From the NCBI GenBank assembly GCA_030390025.1, contig CM059431.1:102178001-102242000 (forward strand): a DNA stretch of 64,000 bases, given 5' to 3'. A model generated the notes under the pieces. That model saw only the letters and a list, made by a program, of their open reading frames with translations. It searched no databases and was not told the DNA's origin. The position numbers and the translations under genes were made by a program. Of this stretch, positions 50,764 through 64,000 are shown one piece after another (positions within the stretch are counted from its first letter, which is position 1; each line of letters begins with the position of its first letter). The stretch comes from Squalus acanthias (Eukaryota).

Positions 50764-52033
50764 CCCTGTCTAAAATAAGGTGCATGTTTAATAATGGCCC
50801 GGAATTTGCGGTCAGGACGGTGGCGAACTGGCAGCGTTCGCCGTCATTCCGCCTTTGAAACTGACCGCAACTTCGGGATTTGGCGTAGTCGTATACAGAA
50901 ATCCTGAAGTTGCGGTCCGTCATTGACAGCTCTGACACAGGCTGCGCTGTGCTCCCCCTCTCCCCCCCCCCCCCCCACACACTGCGGTAATACCGCTGTT
51001 AAATTCCCCACTAAAAGTTAGACCCAAAGGGATTCGGTGTAACTGGGGTTTTGACAGCATTATTACTGCTAAACAAAGGTTAAGGGCCTGGAAAACTAAT
51101 TTTAATTTTGTGCAGTGTGAAATTTATTCACTTTAATAAAAAATTAAAATTAAGAAACTTTTCAAAAAAGTTTGTCCAACTTTATTTCCGGTTTGCCTTT
51201 TCCCCATGTGAGAGCCCCAATCTTTCTTTCTTTTGCTCTCTCTAACCGTCTTAAAAAAGTTAGAATTTTAAGAGCTTACTTTCCACTGCCAGGAGGGTCG
51301 GTAACCAGAGGTCACAGATTTAAAGTAATTGGTAAAAGAACCAGAGGGGGAGACGAGGAGACATTATTTTATGTAGCGAGTTGCTGTGATCTGGAATGCG
51401 CTGCCTGAAAGGGCGGTGGAAGCAGATTCAATAGTAATTTTCAAAAGGGAATCGTGATGTATATATAAATAAATATAAACATATAAAAACATTTGCAGGG
51501 CTGCGGGGAAAGAGCAGGGGAGTGGGACTAATTGGAGAGCTCTTTCAAAGAGCCGGCACAGGCACGATGGGCTGAATGGCCTCCTCCTGGGCTGTATTTG
51601 AATCTTTTGAGGTTAGCCATCCATGACTTTGGACAGACACTCAGATAGCAACACGGTCACAAATCTCGGTGTCCTGTCTGAAGAGATTTGGATATCCGAC
51701 AAAAGGCAAGATATCCCGCCGAGGCCCGGCACAAATTTGGCGAGGCAGTTTTTAAATTACGGACGTGACAAATATTCATCCATTAGGGTTTATGGACAAG
51801 GAGAAGATGGATTAACGAGCAATAAATGCCCTATTTTAAATCTCCTTCATCTTCCCACCCACCCACCGCCCCCCCCGCACCCCCCCAAAAAAGGAAAGTT
51901 AAAAGCAAATCTCTTTGGAACGATTGATATGCTGAATTCAAACACCGGCACCGTGATCTGCATATGGAGGGCTCCCAATCTGAAAGAAAGGTACAATTTG
52001 CAATCGGGACCGTACAAAGGAAACCATACTCAC

Positions 52034-52076
52034 TTCTGACTTGTTTCATAATTGGTTTCAACAGGTCCAGCCACAC
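52034..52076 (-). CDS. FARP1: FARP1 coding exon (approx. exon 4): VWLDLLKPIMKQVR
   Basis: ttttag| acceptor, |gtgagt donor, 43 nt; FERM WLD-x-x-KPI-x-KQ motif. Confidence 0.93.
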
Positions 52077-52481
52077 CTAAAAGTACAAGAGCTTATATTT
52101 ACCATTCGATATCAAATATTCAAACAGTAGTTCAAGCAACCAATTTCGATTTCTGTTTGAACAATACATAAGGGATTCAAAAGATCTTTAATGCTATTTA
52201 CATGAACCTGATTAGCGTTAATGGGATTATTTTAAAATCGATTTTCTGTCTTGCAAACCTGGTCTAGGTGTGTTGGACGGGATCAGGTTGAATTACTTTA
52301 CTTGTCAAAATGATGTTCCATTGTTCTGAATGAATCAATTTTGTGCTATTGCGTCAGACTACTTGTGAGAAAGAAGCTGATGTTAAATCATTTTTCTTAA
52401 ATATTCACATCATTTGAATTACATCAAATTTTAAGTACTTTTTTAAGCTCTTGATACCAACACCAGTTTTACTGTTATAGA

Positions 52482-53468
52482 TACATAGGAACAGGAGGAG
52501 GCCATTCAGCCCCTCGAGTCTGTTCCGCCATTCAATGAGATCGTGGCTGATCTGTATCTTAACTCCATCTACCCGCCTTGGTTCCGTAACCCTTAATACC
52601 CTTGCCCAACAAAAGTCGATCAATCTCAGTTTTGAAATTTTCAACTGACCCCCAGCCTCAACAGCTTTTTTGGGGGGGAGAGTTCCAGATTTCCTCCACC
52701 CTTTGTGTGAAGAAGTGCTTCCTGACATCACCCCTGAACGACCTAGCTCTAATTTTAAGGTTATACCCCCTTGTTCTGGACTCCCCCCACCAGAGGAAAC
52801 AGTCTCTACCCCATCAACTCCTTTAATCATCTTTAACACCTCAATTAGATCATCCCTTAATCTTCTAAACTCGAGGGGATACAAGCCCAGTCTGTGCAAC
52901 CCGTCCTCATAATTTAACCCTTTACCACATGCCTGCTGTAATTTAGTCCCTGATTGGACTACCTTAGGATTCCATTTTGTAACTAAAACCATGGCAACAC
53001 TAGGCTGAATTGTGGTGTTCTCTCTCGCTGATGCTCACCAGCTGAGCTCACACATGAAGACTGGTCATTTGGGCAAGGTAACAGAGGGCGTCTGTGGGAC
53101 CGTATCCCAGGACGGGTCAATGGCGATTTGGGGGAGAGAGTTCCAGATTTCCACCACCCTTTTTGTGAAGAAGTGCTTCCTGACATCACCCCTGAACGGC
53201 CTGGCTCTAATTTTAAGGTGATGCCCCCTTGTTCTGGACTCCCCCCACCAGAGGAAACAGTTTCTCTCCATCGACCCTATCAACTCCTTTAATCATCTTA
53301 AACACCTCAATTAGGTCACCCCTTAATCTTCTATACTCGAGGGTAACCTATCCCCATACTTCAACCTTTTTAGCCCCGGTATCACTCTGGTGAATCTGCG
53401 CTGCCCCCCCCCCGCCCCCCCTCCAAGGCCTTCCTGAGGTGCGGTGCCCAGAACTGAACGCAGTACTT
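52482..53468 (-). mobile_element. Two CR1 3' fragments (52482-52922 and 53127-53468)
   Basis: LEFRRLRDDLIEVLKMIKG; GESRTRGHHLKIRARPFRGDVRKHFFTKRVVEIWNSLP. Confidence 0.82.
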
Positions 53469-54139
53469 TAGTTATCACCATTAGCAGTAAGTGACTGCAT
53501 TATTCACTGGCTTTTGCACATTAGTACCAGTCAATTCACCAAGTACGTATGGTCACTGGGAGAAACCAGGATTAGACTAGGCTGTGGATACCCCCCCCCC
53601 CCACCCCCCCGACCTTCCGTACTTTGACAAGGTATCAGAGGCTGCTTGGCGCCAGTAAAATAATTCCCATCGGGAGTCAATGCCTGCGGGATGAATATCT
53701 TAGGAGAAATGTGGAGAGCGAAAAATGAAATGCCATCTGTGCGGGTGAGCCATTCCATAATTGGCACAGTGAAACCAGCAAATTATGGGCACCTCAGGAA
53801 CGCGCACCAGCTGCCCTACTTTTGCAGGTGCCCTTATTTTCAAAATGGGCATTGCATGCACAGTAAACATTTTGAGTAGAATGGGGAGCTCTTTACCCAG
53901 CACCCGTAGTGGTAGAGAAAGCACCCTCTCTCTCTCCTGGGACAGAGCCGCGCCAGCTTTCAGTCCCAGAGATAGAGGCGTTTCTCGACCAATATGCACG
54001 CTGGGTAAAGAGCTCGTCACTCCACAAGGGACGTTCCTTTCACAAAAACCCGCTGCTGCCTCGCGCTGACCGGCAGTGTCCCTGTTTTAAGCTGTGAAAG
54101 GTACTCAGCGCACTGAAGTCTGTCCGTAGTTCATCATTT

Positions 54140-54682
54140 CATAAGAACAAAACATAAGAACATAAGATGTAGGAGCAGGAGTCGACCATTTGGCCCCTCG
54201 AGCCTGCTCCGCCATTCAATAAGATCATGGCTGATCTGACCTTGGCCTCAACTCCACTTCCCTGCCCGCTCCCCATAATCCTTGACTCCCTTACCTTTCA
54301 AAAATCTGTCTATCTCCACCTTAAATATATTTAATGACCCAGCCTCCACAGCTCTCTGGGGAAGAGAATTCCAAAGATTCACGACCCTCTGAGAGAAGAA
54401 ATTCCTCCTCATTTCCGATTTAAAATGGTGCCCCTTTATTCTGAAATTATGCCCCCTAGATTCCCCCACGAGGGGAAACACCCTCTCTGCATCTACCCTG
54501 TCAAAGCCCCTCAGAATCTTACATGTTTCAATAAGATCCCCTCTCATTCTTCTAAACTCCATTGAGTATAGGCCCAACCTGCTCAACCTTTCTTCATAAG
54601 ACAACCCCTTCATCCCCGGAATCAACCTCATGAACCTTCTCTGAACTGCCTCCGATGCAAGTATATCCTTCCTTAAATAAAG
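54140..54682 (-). mobile_element. CR1 LINE 3' fragment (subfamily of 11270-13240)
   Basis: YLRKDILASEAVQRRFMRLIPGMKGLSYEERLSRLGLYSMEFRRMRGDL. Confidence 0.9.
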
Positions 54683-55515
54683 AGTCTCTTGCACATTTTA
54701 CCCTGCCAGTTATTCGGGTCTCTCAATAAGCGCCAATTTAAAAAAAAAATTTTTTTTGCAAGTGTCCGTTTGTTGGGAGCATCCACGATCATGATCATTT
54801 ACGGGGGAAAATAATTTGTACAAGGATAAATACACTAACAAACAAGAACTCTTTAACTCTACATCGCAGTATTTCAGTGAAGTGTCATAACTCACTTGAA
54901 ACGCCATAGCATACAAGGCTACGGACCAAGAGCTGGAAAATAGGATTGATGGCCGGCGCAGACACGATGGGCCGAAGGGCCTCTTTCTGTGCTGTATAAC
55001 TCTATGACCTTTATGTAGTCAGACTGTCCTAGTGTGCGTTTCATTTTTAAGGGGATCTATTTTGTATTGCTAAATGGAGGAGGGGGGGGGGGGGGGGAGC
55101 ACTATATATTTTTTTTATTCATTCACGGAATGTGACAAGGCCAGCATTTATTGCCCATCTCTAATTGCCCTCGAGAAGGTGGCGGTGAGCCGCCTTCTTG
55201 AACCACCGTGATGCCTCTTTGTAGTGGTTTGGGACATCCCAGTGGCTCGCTCGGCCATTTCAGAGTCAACCACATCGCCGTGGGCCTGGAGTCACATAAG
55301 CGGCCAGACCGGGTAAGGGCGGCAGATTTCCTTCCCTGAAGGACAGTAGTGAACCAGATGGGTTTTTATGACAATCATGGTCATCATTACCGATACTAGC
55401 TTTTTATTCCAGATTTATTTAATTAACTGAATTTAAATTCTGAATTGGATTACTAGTCCAGTAACATAACCACTATGCTACCGTATCCCATATGGTAACA
55501 TTTTATTTTACATAC

Positions 55516-55620
55516 CATAACCTTTCGATGGTCTAGAAATTCCAGTGCAAAGTAATCGCTCTCAACTAGGTTAAGGTTGTGGCAGATCATGTCCATCAGA
55601 AGCTTCCCGGAGGCCTTTAG
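55516..55620 (-). CDS. FARP1: FARP1 coding exon (approx. exon 3), FERM N-lobe: LKASGKLLMDMICHNLNLVESDYFALEFLDHRKVM
   Basis: ctctttacag| acceptor, |gtatgt donor, 105 nt, phase 0-0. Resembles FARP1 QRAPGKVLLDAVCNHLNLVEGDYFGLEF. Missed by the ORF track. Confidence 0.9.
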
Positions 55621-56984
55621 CTGTAAAGAGTAACAAAAAATTGTTAAGAGTCTGTACGATATTAATTTGCATTTCCAAAAAAAATAAGCAAAGGTTTATT
55701 CATCAACCAGCAATATAGTTATTTGTGAAATTAGTGTATCCTGGCCAAAAGTTTTTCCTCAACCCACATCGCAAAGAGATTACCTGGTCATTTATCACAT
55801 TGCTGTTTGTGGGAGCTTGCTGGGCGCAAATTGGCTGCCGAGTTTCCTACATTACAAAAAGCTCTTCATTGGCTGTACTGAATAATAAATATTGGCCCAG
55901 GACACCAGGGAGCACTCCCCCTGCTCTTCTTCGTAATAGTGGCCGTGGGATCTTTTACGTCCACCTGAGAGAGCAGACGAGGCCTCGGTTTAACGTCTCA
56001 TCCGAAAGACGGCCCCTCCGACAGTGCAGCCCTCCCTCAGCACTGCACTGGGAGTGTCAGCCTGGATTTTTGTGCTCGAGTCTCTGGAGCGGGACTCGAA
56101 CCCACAACCTTCTGACTCAAGAGGCGAGGGAGCTGCCCAGTGAGCCACGGCTTTGCAGAAAGTAGGTGGATATGGAGAGTGTCGGCCCTTCAGAGATGGC
56201 TGTAGAAATGCCAGGGTAGATTATTATTCAAGGAGATGGCACTAAACTTCATTCACCTCCCCCTATAGGCTTTCCACACTAGGCAGTCTGCCGAGGTCTA
56301 CACTTGGGTCTCAATTTCCTCTTCCTTGTGGATTCTGTACCTTCAGTTTCGTGGGAATTCAATTACAAGTGAAGACACTGTGCTGTGAAGGAAGACCCAG
56401 GGGACCAGAACCATACCTATTTCACAGAGTGGGTCACAGTGACAAGATAACTTCATTAAGTCAAGTGTTGAGAAGGCTAAAATTGCCAGCAAGGTTATTT
56501 AGATACTTACACTTGACAACAAGGAGAAATACATAAACGATGGCAGTGAGAAAGCAGAAGTGATACAAATCTCATCATACTGAAGAACATGACATTGTCT
56601 TCAGTCCCCATCTGGAGCATTCGACATCTAAACTAAAACTGTCTGGAGCCCATCATCCTTATGCTTGTAGATATTTGCAACATGGAGTATTTGCTCAGTG
56701 CCCAAACACTGCAAGAAGTCCTGGCACTAATACTGCCACTTGAGGCAGCTAACCTCTGAAATCATACCTCATCGCACACAGATATCAGGCCACTCTCAAA
56801 CCAGCTTCCCACCCGCCTCGTAACAAAAGAATCTTCGGCTCTGCAACGGCTCAGTTCAAAACAGCATAGAAGCGAGCCATGAAGATCAGGTAGGTCTTGG
56901 GTAATCTCTGTAACCTCCTTAAGCCCCTGCAACCCGCTGAGATCTCTGCGCTCCTCCAATTCTGGCCTCGTGCGCATCCCCCGA

Positions 56985-57325
56985 GTTTAGGGAGGGAATT
57001 CCAGAGCTTAGGGTCCAGGCAGCTGAAGGCACAGCCACCAATGTTGGAGCGATGAAAATCGGGGATGCGCAAGAGGCCAGAATTGGAGGAGTGCAGATAT
57101 CTCGGAGGGTTGTGGGGCTGGAGGAGATTAGAGAGATAGGGAGGGGAGAGGCCATGGAGGCATTTGAACACAAGGTTGAGAATTTTATATTTGAGGTTTT
57201 TCTGGACTGGGAACCAAGGTAGGCCACGGAGCACAGGGGTGATGGGCGAACAGGACTTGGTGCGAGTTAGGATACGGGCAGTTTTGGATGAGCTCATGTT
57301 CACGGTGGGTGCAAGGTGGGAGGAT
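56985..57325 (-). mobile_element. L2 fragment with an adjacent inverted duplicate (56905-56983)
   Basis: ARILTRTKSCSPITPVLRGLPWFPV...AFSCLDPKLWNSLP. Confidence 0.8.
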
Positions 57326-57326
57326 G

Positions 57327-57930
57327 GCCTTTCACAACCACCAGATGTCCCAAAGTGCTTTACAGCCAATGAAGTACTTTTGAAGTGTAGTCACTGTTGT
57401 AATGTAGGAAACGTGGCAGCCAATTGCACACAGCAAGCTCCCACAAACAGCAATGTGATAATGACCGGATAATCAGTTTTACTGATGTTGATTGAGGGAT
57501 AAATTCTCTACCCCAGAGAACTGTGGATGCTCAGTCATTGAGTACATTCAAGACAGAGGTCGATAAGTTTTTAGGAACGATGGGAATTAAGGGATATGGG
57601 GATAGTGCGGGAAAGTGGAGTTGAGGTAGAAGATCAGCCATGATCTTACTGAATGGCGGAGCAGGCTCGAGGGGCCGAATGGCCGACTCCTGCTCTTATT
57701 TCTTATGTTCTTATAAATATTGGCCAGGACACTGGGGGGAACTCCCCTGCACTTATTCAAAATAGTGCCATGGGATCTTTTACGTCCACCTGAGAGGGCA
57801 GAAGGGGCCTCGATTTAACACCTCATCGAAAGATGGCACCTCTGACAGTGCAGCACTCCCTCAGGGGAGTGTCAGCCTCGATTTTTGTGCTCAAATCTCT
57901 GGAGTGGGGACTTGAAGCCACAATCCTTCT
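57327..57930 (-). mobile_element. Deu-SINE interrupted by a plus-strand CR1 3' end (about 57505-57712)
   Basis: ataaat duplicated at both junctions. Confidence 0.78.
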
Positions 57931-57931
57931 G

Positions 57932-59535
57932 CATAAGAACATAAGAAATAGGAGCAGGAGTCGGCCATTCGGCCCTTCGAGCCTGCTCCGCCATTCAATG
58001 AGATCATGGCTGATCTTCTGCCTCAACTCCATTCACCGGCCCTATCACCATATCCCTTGATGCCCTTACTAGTCAGAAATCTATCGACTTCTGTTTTGAA
58101 TATACCCAATGACTGAGCCTCCACAGCCCTCTGGGGTAGAGAATTCCAAAGATTCACCACCCTCTGTGTGAAGAAATTTCTTCTCATCTCAGTCCTGAAT
58201 GGCCTACCCTTTATCCTGAGGCTGCGGCCCCTGGTTCTAGACTCCCCAGCCAAGGGAAACATTCTCCCAGCATCCACCCTATCAAGCCCTGTAATAATTT
58301 TGTATGCTTCAATGAGATCCCCTCTCATTCTTCTGAATTCAAGAGAATACAGGCCTAGTTTACTCAATCTCTTCTCATACGACAGTCCCACCATCCCAGG
58401 AATCAATCTCGTGAACCTCCGTTGTACTCCCTCTATGGCAAGTATATCCTTCCTTAGGTAAGGAGGCCAAAATTGTACACAGTACTCCAGGGGTGGTCTC
58501 ACCAAGGCCGCATATAATTGAGTAAGACTTCTTTACTCCTGTACTCAAATCCTCTTGTAATGAAGACCAGCATACCAACTGCCTTCCTAATGGCTTGCTG
58601 CACCTGCACATTCACTTTCAGTGACTCATGTACAAGAACACCCAGGTCCCTTTGAGCATCTGCATTCCCCAATCTTTCACCATTTAGGAAATACTCTGCC
58701 TTTCTGTTTTTTCTACCAAAGTGGATAACTTCACATTTATCCACATTATATTCCATCTGCCATGTTCTCGCCCACTCACTGAGCCTGTTGCGATCTCCTT
58801 GAAGCCTCTTCACATCCTCTTCACAACTGACACTGCCACCCAGCTTTGTATCATCAGCAAATTTGGAAATGTTACATTTAGTCCCCTCATCCAAATCATT
58901 GATATAGATTGTGAATAGCTGGGGCCCAAGCACCGATCCTTGCGGTACCCCACTAGTCACAGCCTGCCATCCTGAAAAAGACCTGTTTATCCCTACTCTT
59001 TGTTTTCTGTCTGTTCACCGATTCTCAATCCATACTAGTATATTACCCCCAATTCCATGTGCCCTAACTTTGTTCACCAACCTCTTGTGTGGGACCTTAT
59101 CGAAGGCCTTCTGAAAATCCAAATACACATCTACCGGTTCCCCTTTGTCTACTCCACTAGTTACATCCTCAAAGAACTCCAATAGGTTTGTTAAACAGGA
59201 TTTTCCTTTCATAAATCCATGTTGACTCTAACCAATCTTACTATTAGTTTCTAAGTGCCCAGTTATTGCATCCTTTATAATAGATTCCAGCATTTTCCCA
59301 ACTACTGATGTGAGGCTAACAGGTCTGTAGTTCCCCGTTTTCTCTCTCTCTCCTTTCTTAAATAGCGGGGTTACATTTGCTATCCTCCAATCTGCAGGAA
59401 CCGTTCCAGAATATATAGAATTTTGGAAGATGACAACCAGTGCATCCACTATCCCAATGGCCACCTCTTTCAAAAACCCTAGGATGTAGGATGTAGGGAT
59501 TTATTGACTTTTAGTCCCATTAATTTTGCTAGTAC
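57932..59535 (-). mobile_element. About 1.6-kb 5'-truncated CR1 LINE with a frameshifted RT
   Basis: WRIANVTPLFKKG, GNYRPVSLTS, YLDFQKAFDKVPH, GVPQGSVLGP, FADDTK in several frames. Confidence 0.93.
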
Positions 59536-60089
59536 TGACTCAGAGGCGAGGGCGATACCCACTGAGCCACGGCTGACACAAGGAGAGAGCATTGGAATAG
59601 TCGAGTCTAAAGGTAAGAAAGGCAATAACAGGCCAATATTGCCGTTTCCCAATCATTGGCCTTTATGAACCTTCCCCGGCTCTCAGGTGGGGGGATGATT
59701 GGCTAAGTCTCGAATATGCGACTCTCAAGCAACTGCGCACATCTTCATTACCTCAGCACTGTGGAATCTGCCCTGTAATACAAAGAGGGCAGATTTCGCA
59801 GCACCAGCAACCAAAGCTATTAAAGAACCACTTTGACTTGTGGTAATCTAAACATGATAGTACATGAACAAAACAAACCATGTGTGTGACAACTGGATGT
59901 TTCTACTTCCACTCTAACCCACTGAACTGACCAATACCAGGCCGAGAAACAAACCACTCTGGCATGAAGCCTATTCCATTCTGGATGAGAGAAAGGCTGC
60001 TTTTCAGTCATCTCTCATAAAAGGAACTTTTACAGGTCCTCTGATGATTCAAGGAGTCACTGAGCGAAACTTTAAAAGAAAAAGAAAAA

Positions 60090-61287
60090 AACATGCATTT
60101 CTACAGCGCCTTTCACGACCACCGGACGTCCCAAAGCACTTTACAGCCGATGAAGTACTTTTTTGAAGTGTAGTCGCTGTTGTAATGTAGGAAACGCGGC
60201 AGCCAACTTGCGCACAGCAAGCTCCCACAAACAGCAATGTGAACTTGAGGTCATCCAAAACCCGGCTGCCCCGTGTCCTAACTCGCACCAGGTCCCGTTC
60301 ACCCATCTCCCCTGTGCTCGCTGACCTACATTGGCTCCCGGTTAAGCAGTGCCTCGATTTCAAAATTCTCATCCTTGTTTTCAAATCCCTCCATTACCTC
60401 GCCCCTCCCTATCTCTGTAATCTCCTTCAGCCCCACAACACAACCTCCCGAGATATCTGCGCTCTTCTAATTCTGCCCTCTTGAGCATCCCTGATTATAA
60501 TCGCTCAACCTTTGGTGGCCGTGCCTTCTGTTGCCTGGGCCCTAAGCTCTGGAATTCCCTCCCTAAACCTCTCCGCCTCGCTACCTCTCTCTCCTCCTTT
60601 AAGACGCTCCTTAAAACCTACCTCTTTGACCAAGCTTTTGGTTACCTGCCCTAATTTATCCTTATGTGGCTCGGTGTCAAATTTTTTGTCTTAAAATACT
60701 CCTGTGAAGCTCCTTGGAACTTTAAAGGCGCTATATAAATACAAGTTGTTGTTGATAATGACCCCATAAAGTTGTGTTTTCGTGTTGTTGGTTGAGGGAT
60801 AAATATTGGCCAGGATACCATAACATAAGAAATAGGAGCAGGAGTCAGCCATTTGGCCCTTCGAGCCATTCAATAAGATTATGGCTGATCTTCTACCTCA
60901 ACTCCACTTTCCTGCACTATCCTCATATCCCAATATCCCTTGATATTCAAAAATCTATCTATCTCAGCCTTGAATATACTCAATGACTGAGCCTCCACAA
61001 CCCTCTGGGGAAGAGAATTTCAAAGATTCACCAGCCTCTGAGTGAAGAAATAACTCTCCAGCTCTTCTTCCAATAGTACCATGGGATCTTTTACGCCCAC
61101 CTGAGAGAGCAGACGAGGCCTCGGTTTAACGTCTCGTCTGAAAGACGGCACCTCCAACAGTGCAGCACTCCCTCAGCACTGCACTGGAGTGTCAGCCTGG
61201 ATTTTTGTGCTCCAGTCCCTGGAGTAAGACTTGAACCCACAACCTTCTGACTCAGAGGCGAGAGTGCTACCCACTGAGCCACGGCCG
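60090..61287. mobile_element. Minus-strand Deu-SINE split by an L2 fragment (60242-60755, +) and a CR1 end (60820-61050, -)
   Basis: SINE pieces are collinear across both inserts. Confidence 0.78.
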
Positions 61288-61859
61288 ATATCCCAATATG
61301 TGGTCAGTAGCTGATCTCCACCAAGGTGGCTGCCGGAGCCCTTACACTTGTTCTCAGTGACTCTGGATTAGAGAGATGAATGTCTTTGAGTGTGTTTGTT
61401 CCTTATTAGTATCCAGTAGCCCATGCCAGAAGCCCGCTTGTCCACACATCAAGTGAGCACAGGATGTGCCTTGGCTGTGTTGCTTCCCCCATCCTCTCGT
61501 GGAGTCGAATATCCCGGCAACACTCACTGCCAAGGCTCACTTGTGAATATTACTACTTGGGCGAGGTATCAGACAGTGCTGCTAAGAGTCAATGCCTTCC
61601 ATGGAATTAATATTTACAGCACAGAAACAGGCTATTAGGCTGGTGTTTATGTTCCACACGAACCTCCTCCCATGCTATTTACTTCATCTCACCCTATCTA
61701 CTTAACCTTCTATTCCTTTCGCCCTCATGTGTTTATTTAGCTTCCCCTTAAATGCACCGATGCTATTCGTCTCAACCACTCCCTGTGGTAGCGAGTTCCA
61801 CGTTCTCACCACTCTCTGGGTAAAGAGGGGAGAAAATTAGCAGAAAAGGAGGATTTATT

Positions 61860-62295
61860 TCAACAACACCATGCCTTATACAACGCCTTTAACATAGTTA
61901 ATAGGTCCCAAGGTGCTTCACAGGAGCGTAAATCAAACAAAATTTGACACCGAGCCACATAAGAAGATATTAGCACAGGCGACCAAAAGCTTGGTCAAAG
62001 AGGTAGGTTTTAAGGAGGATCTTAAAGGAGGAGAGGTAGAGAGGCGGAGAGGTTTAGGCAGGGAATTCCAGAGCTTGGGGCCTAAGCAGCTGAAGGCACG
62101 GCCGCCAATGGTGGGGAGAAAGGAATTCAAGGATATGCAAGTGGCCAGAATTGGAGGAGCGCAGATATCTCGGAAGGTTGTAGGACCGGAGGAGGTTACA
62201 GAGATAGGGAGGAGGCGAGGCCATGGAGGGATTTGAAAACAAGGATGAGAACTTTAAAATCGAGGCATTGCCGGACCGGGAACCAGTGTAGGTCA
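61860..62295 (-). mobile_element. L2 3' fragment
   Basis: TIGGRAFSCLGPKLWNSLPKPLRLSTS. Confidence 0.85.
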
Positions 62296-62770
62296 GAAAA
62301 AATTTACCTTTTTGATTCCAGAAGCCAGTTAAAAGATTGCCGAGTGGCTACCTAACTGTACTGCCCCGAAATGTAACCGTTCTTTCTGAAGCTCGCGTTT
62401 AGCTTTAAGTTCCAGACCAGATCTTCGGTTTTACACTTCAAATCAGATTTTAAATATAATTACCTGGACTTCACAGATCTATCATGTAGATTCATCAATG
62501 CTACTCTCAATTACAAGGTGAATTATTGTAGAGGGCAAGTGTTCTGTGCTGCCGTTGCATAAAACCAATTTAAATACTTATCTGGTCTCTGCAGGCCATG
62601 CCTGCTATTTGAGGCTGTTCATCACCTATTTAGATAACTGGCATATTTCAAGAAAGGAAAACGAACAGATTTGCATTTATATAGCGCCTTTCACGACCTC
62701 AGGACGTCCCAAAGTGCTTAACAGCCAATGAAGCACTTTTTGCAGTGCAGTCACTGTTGTAATGTAGGAA

Positions 62771-63321
62771 GTTGCACAACACCAGGTTATAGTCCAACAG
62801 TTTTATTTGAAATCACAAGCTTTCGGAGCTGCTGCCCCTTCGTCAGGTGAAGTAAAGGAATACGAATCGACAAAGCATATATAGACAGAGATCAATGCAT
62901 GTGTAGCATACAATGTCAGACGACTACATTTAATCCTCCTGACTGTTTCTCTGCTGAGGTGTGACGAAAGGCAATCAGGTCAGCCAGGAAGGCACCACAT
63001 CAAAGACATAGCAAGATACAACTGAGACAATGAGGTCACAGGGGGTCTAATGTGTCAAATGCTGCAGTCTGTATGGAAAACCATAAACTTTAAAATTTTT
63101 ACTTTTTTTTTACTGGAAATCATATCTGTGAACAAGCCAACGACGACTTGAGTCTGGATGATTCTACGTCATGTAGCGTGACATTAACCCTAGATGCCGG
63201 TTGAGGCCGTCCTCATGAGTGCGGAGCTTGGCTATCAGTTTCTGCTCGATGATTTTGCGTTGTCGTGTTGGACTATAACCTGGTGTTGTGCGACTTCTCA
63301 CTTTTGTCCACCCCAGTCCGC
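62771..63321 (-). mobile_element. Penelope-like retroelement 3' fragment with inverted terminal repeats, inserted in a Deu-SINE
   Basis: 12-bp TSD gtaatgtaggaa (62759-62770 and 63322-63333). RQRKIIEQKLIAKLRTHEDGLNR resembles a PLE GIY-YIG endonuclease C-terminus. gcacaacaccaggttatagtccaaca is inverted at the other end. Confidence 0.82.
62813..62851 (-). ncRNA. Minimal type-I hammerhead ribozyme motif (identical to 36204-36242)
   Basis: ttcacCTGACGAaggggcagcagctccGAAAgcttgtga. Confidence 0.7.
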
Positions 63322-64000
63322 GTAATGTAGGAAACGCGGCAGCCAATTTGCGCACAGCAAGCTCCCACTAACAGCAATGCGATAAATGACCGGGTAATCT
63401 GTTTTTAACGATGCTGGTTAAGGGATCAATCTTGGCCCCAGGACACCGGGGAGAACTCCCCTGGCTCTTCTTCGAAATAGCGGCCGTGGGATCTTTTACG
63501 TCCACCTGAGAGGGCAGACGGGGGCCTCGGTTTAACGTCTCATCCGAAAGATGAAAAAGAGAATGTAATACTTCACTGCAATTCTGCTGAGGAGATCGTT
63601 TTGTGTTTTAAGAAGCAGGACTGAGCTCCCGAGTGGACAGCACTTGGTGTTACTGTACCAGGATAATCAAGGTGAATCCCAGCTGGACTGCCAACAATGG
63701 AAATCTGTTATACTCCAATTAATAATGATTAATAACTATTTCACAGGATATGATTGGCATATCTTGATCCAGAAATAATCCTACAGACCTAAAATTAGAA
63801 ACTTAGTAAACTAATTTTTTTTTAAAGCAGGCAGAGTTGCTCTCAAGTGATCCCAGGTTATAGAGGGTGGGAGAAACAGGTAGAGTTTTGGGTCTTTGTC
63901 GCTAAAGAAAAAAAAAGACTTGCATTTCTATCGCGCCTTTCATGACCACCGGACGTCTCAAAGCGCTTTACAGCCAATGAAGTACTTTTTGAAGTGTAGT

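Overview
Vertebrate genomic DNA, almost certainly a cartilaginous fish (shark), inferred from its repeat families. It is not prokaryotic, so most of the supplied ORFs are artefacts of repeats. The window lies inside a minus-strand FARP1 (FERM, ARH/RhoGEF and pleckstrin domain protein 1)-type gene. I traced 11 consecutive GT-AG coding exons from 55620 down to about 27336, with continuous phase, encoding the FERM and FERM-adjacent regions. The start exon and the DH/PH exons were not found in the window. The last exon stays open for about 1 kb past its expected weak donor and ends at a stop at 26302, which suggests a GEF-less, FRMD7-like terminal-exon isoform. The introns are packed with CR1 and L2 LINE 3' fragments, Deu-domain (SacSINE1-like) SINEs, MER131/Meta-like SINEs, PIF/Harbinger, hAT-like and Tc1/mariner MITEs, and Penelope-like elements (PLEs). 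The PLE ends carry minimal hammerhead ribozyme motifs. One PLE sits inside a FARP1 3' splice site, where it duplicates the acceptor and creates a possible cryptic terminal exon. Repeat boundaries are approximate (by eye); exon boundaries were read base by base. Exon numbers follow my recollection of human FARP1 and are unverified.
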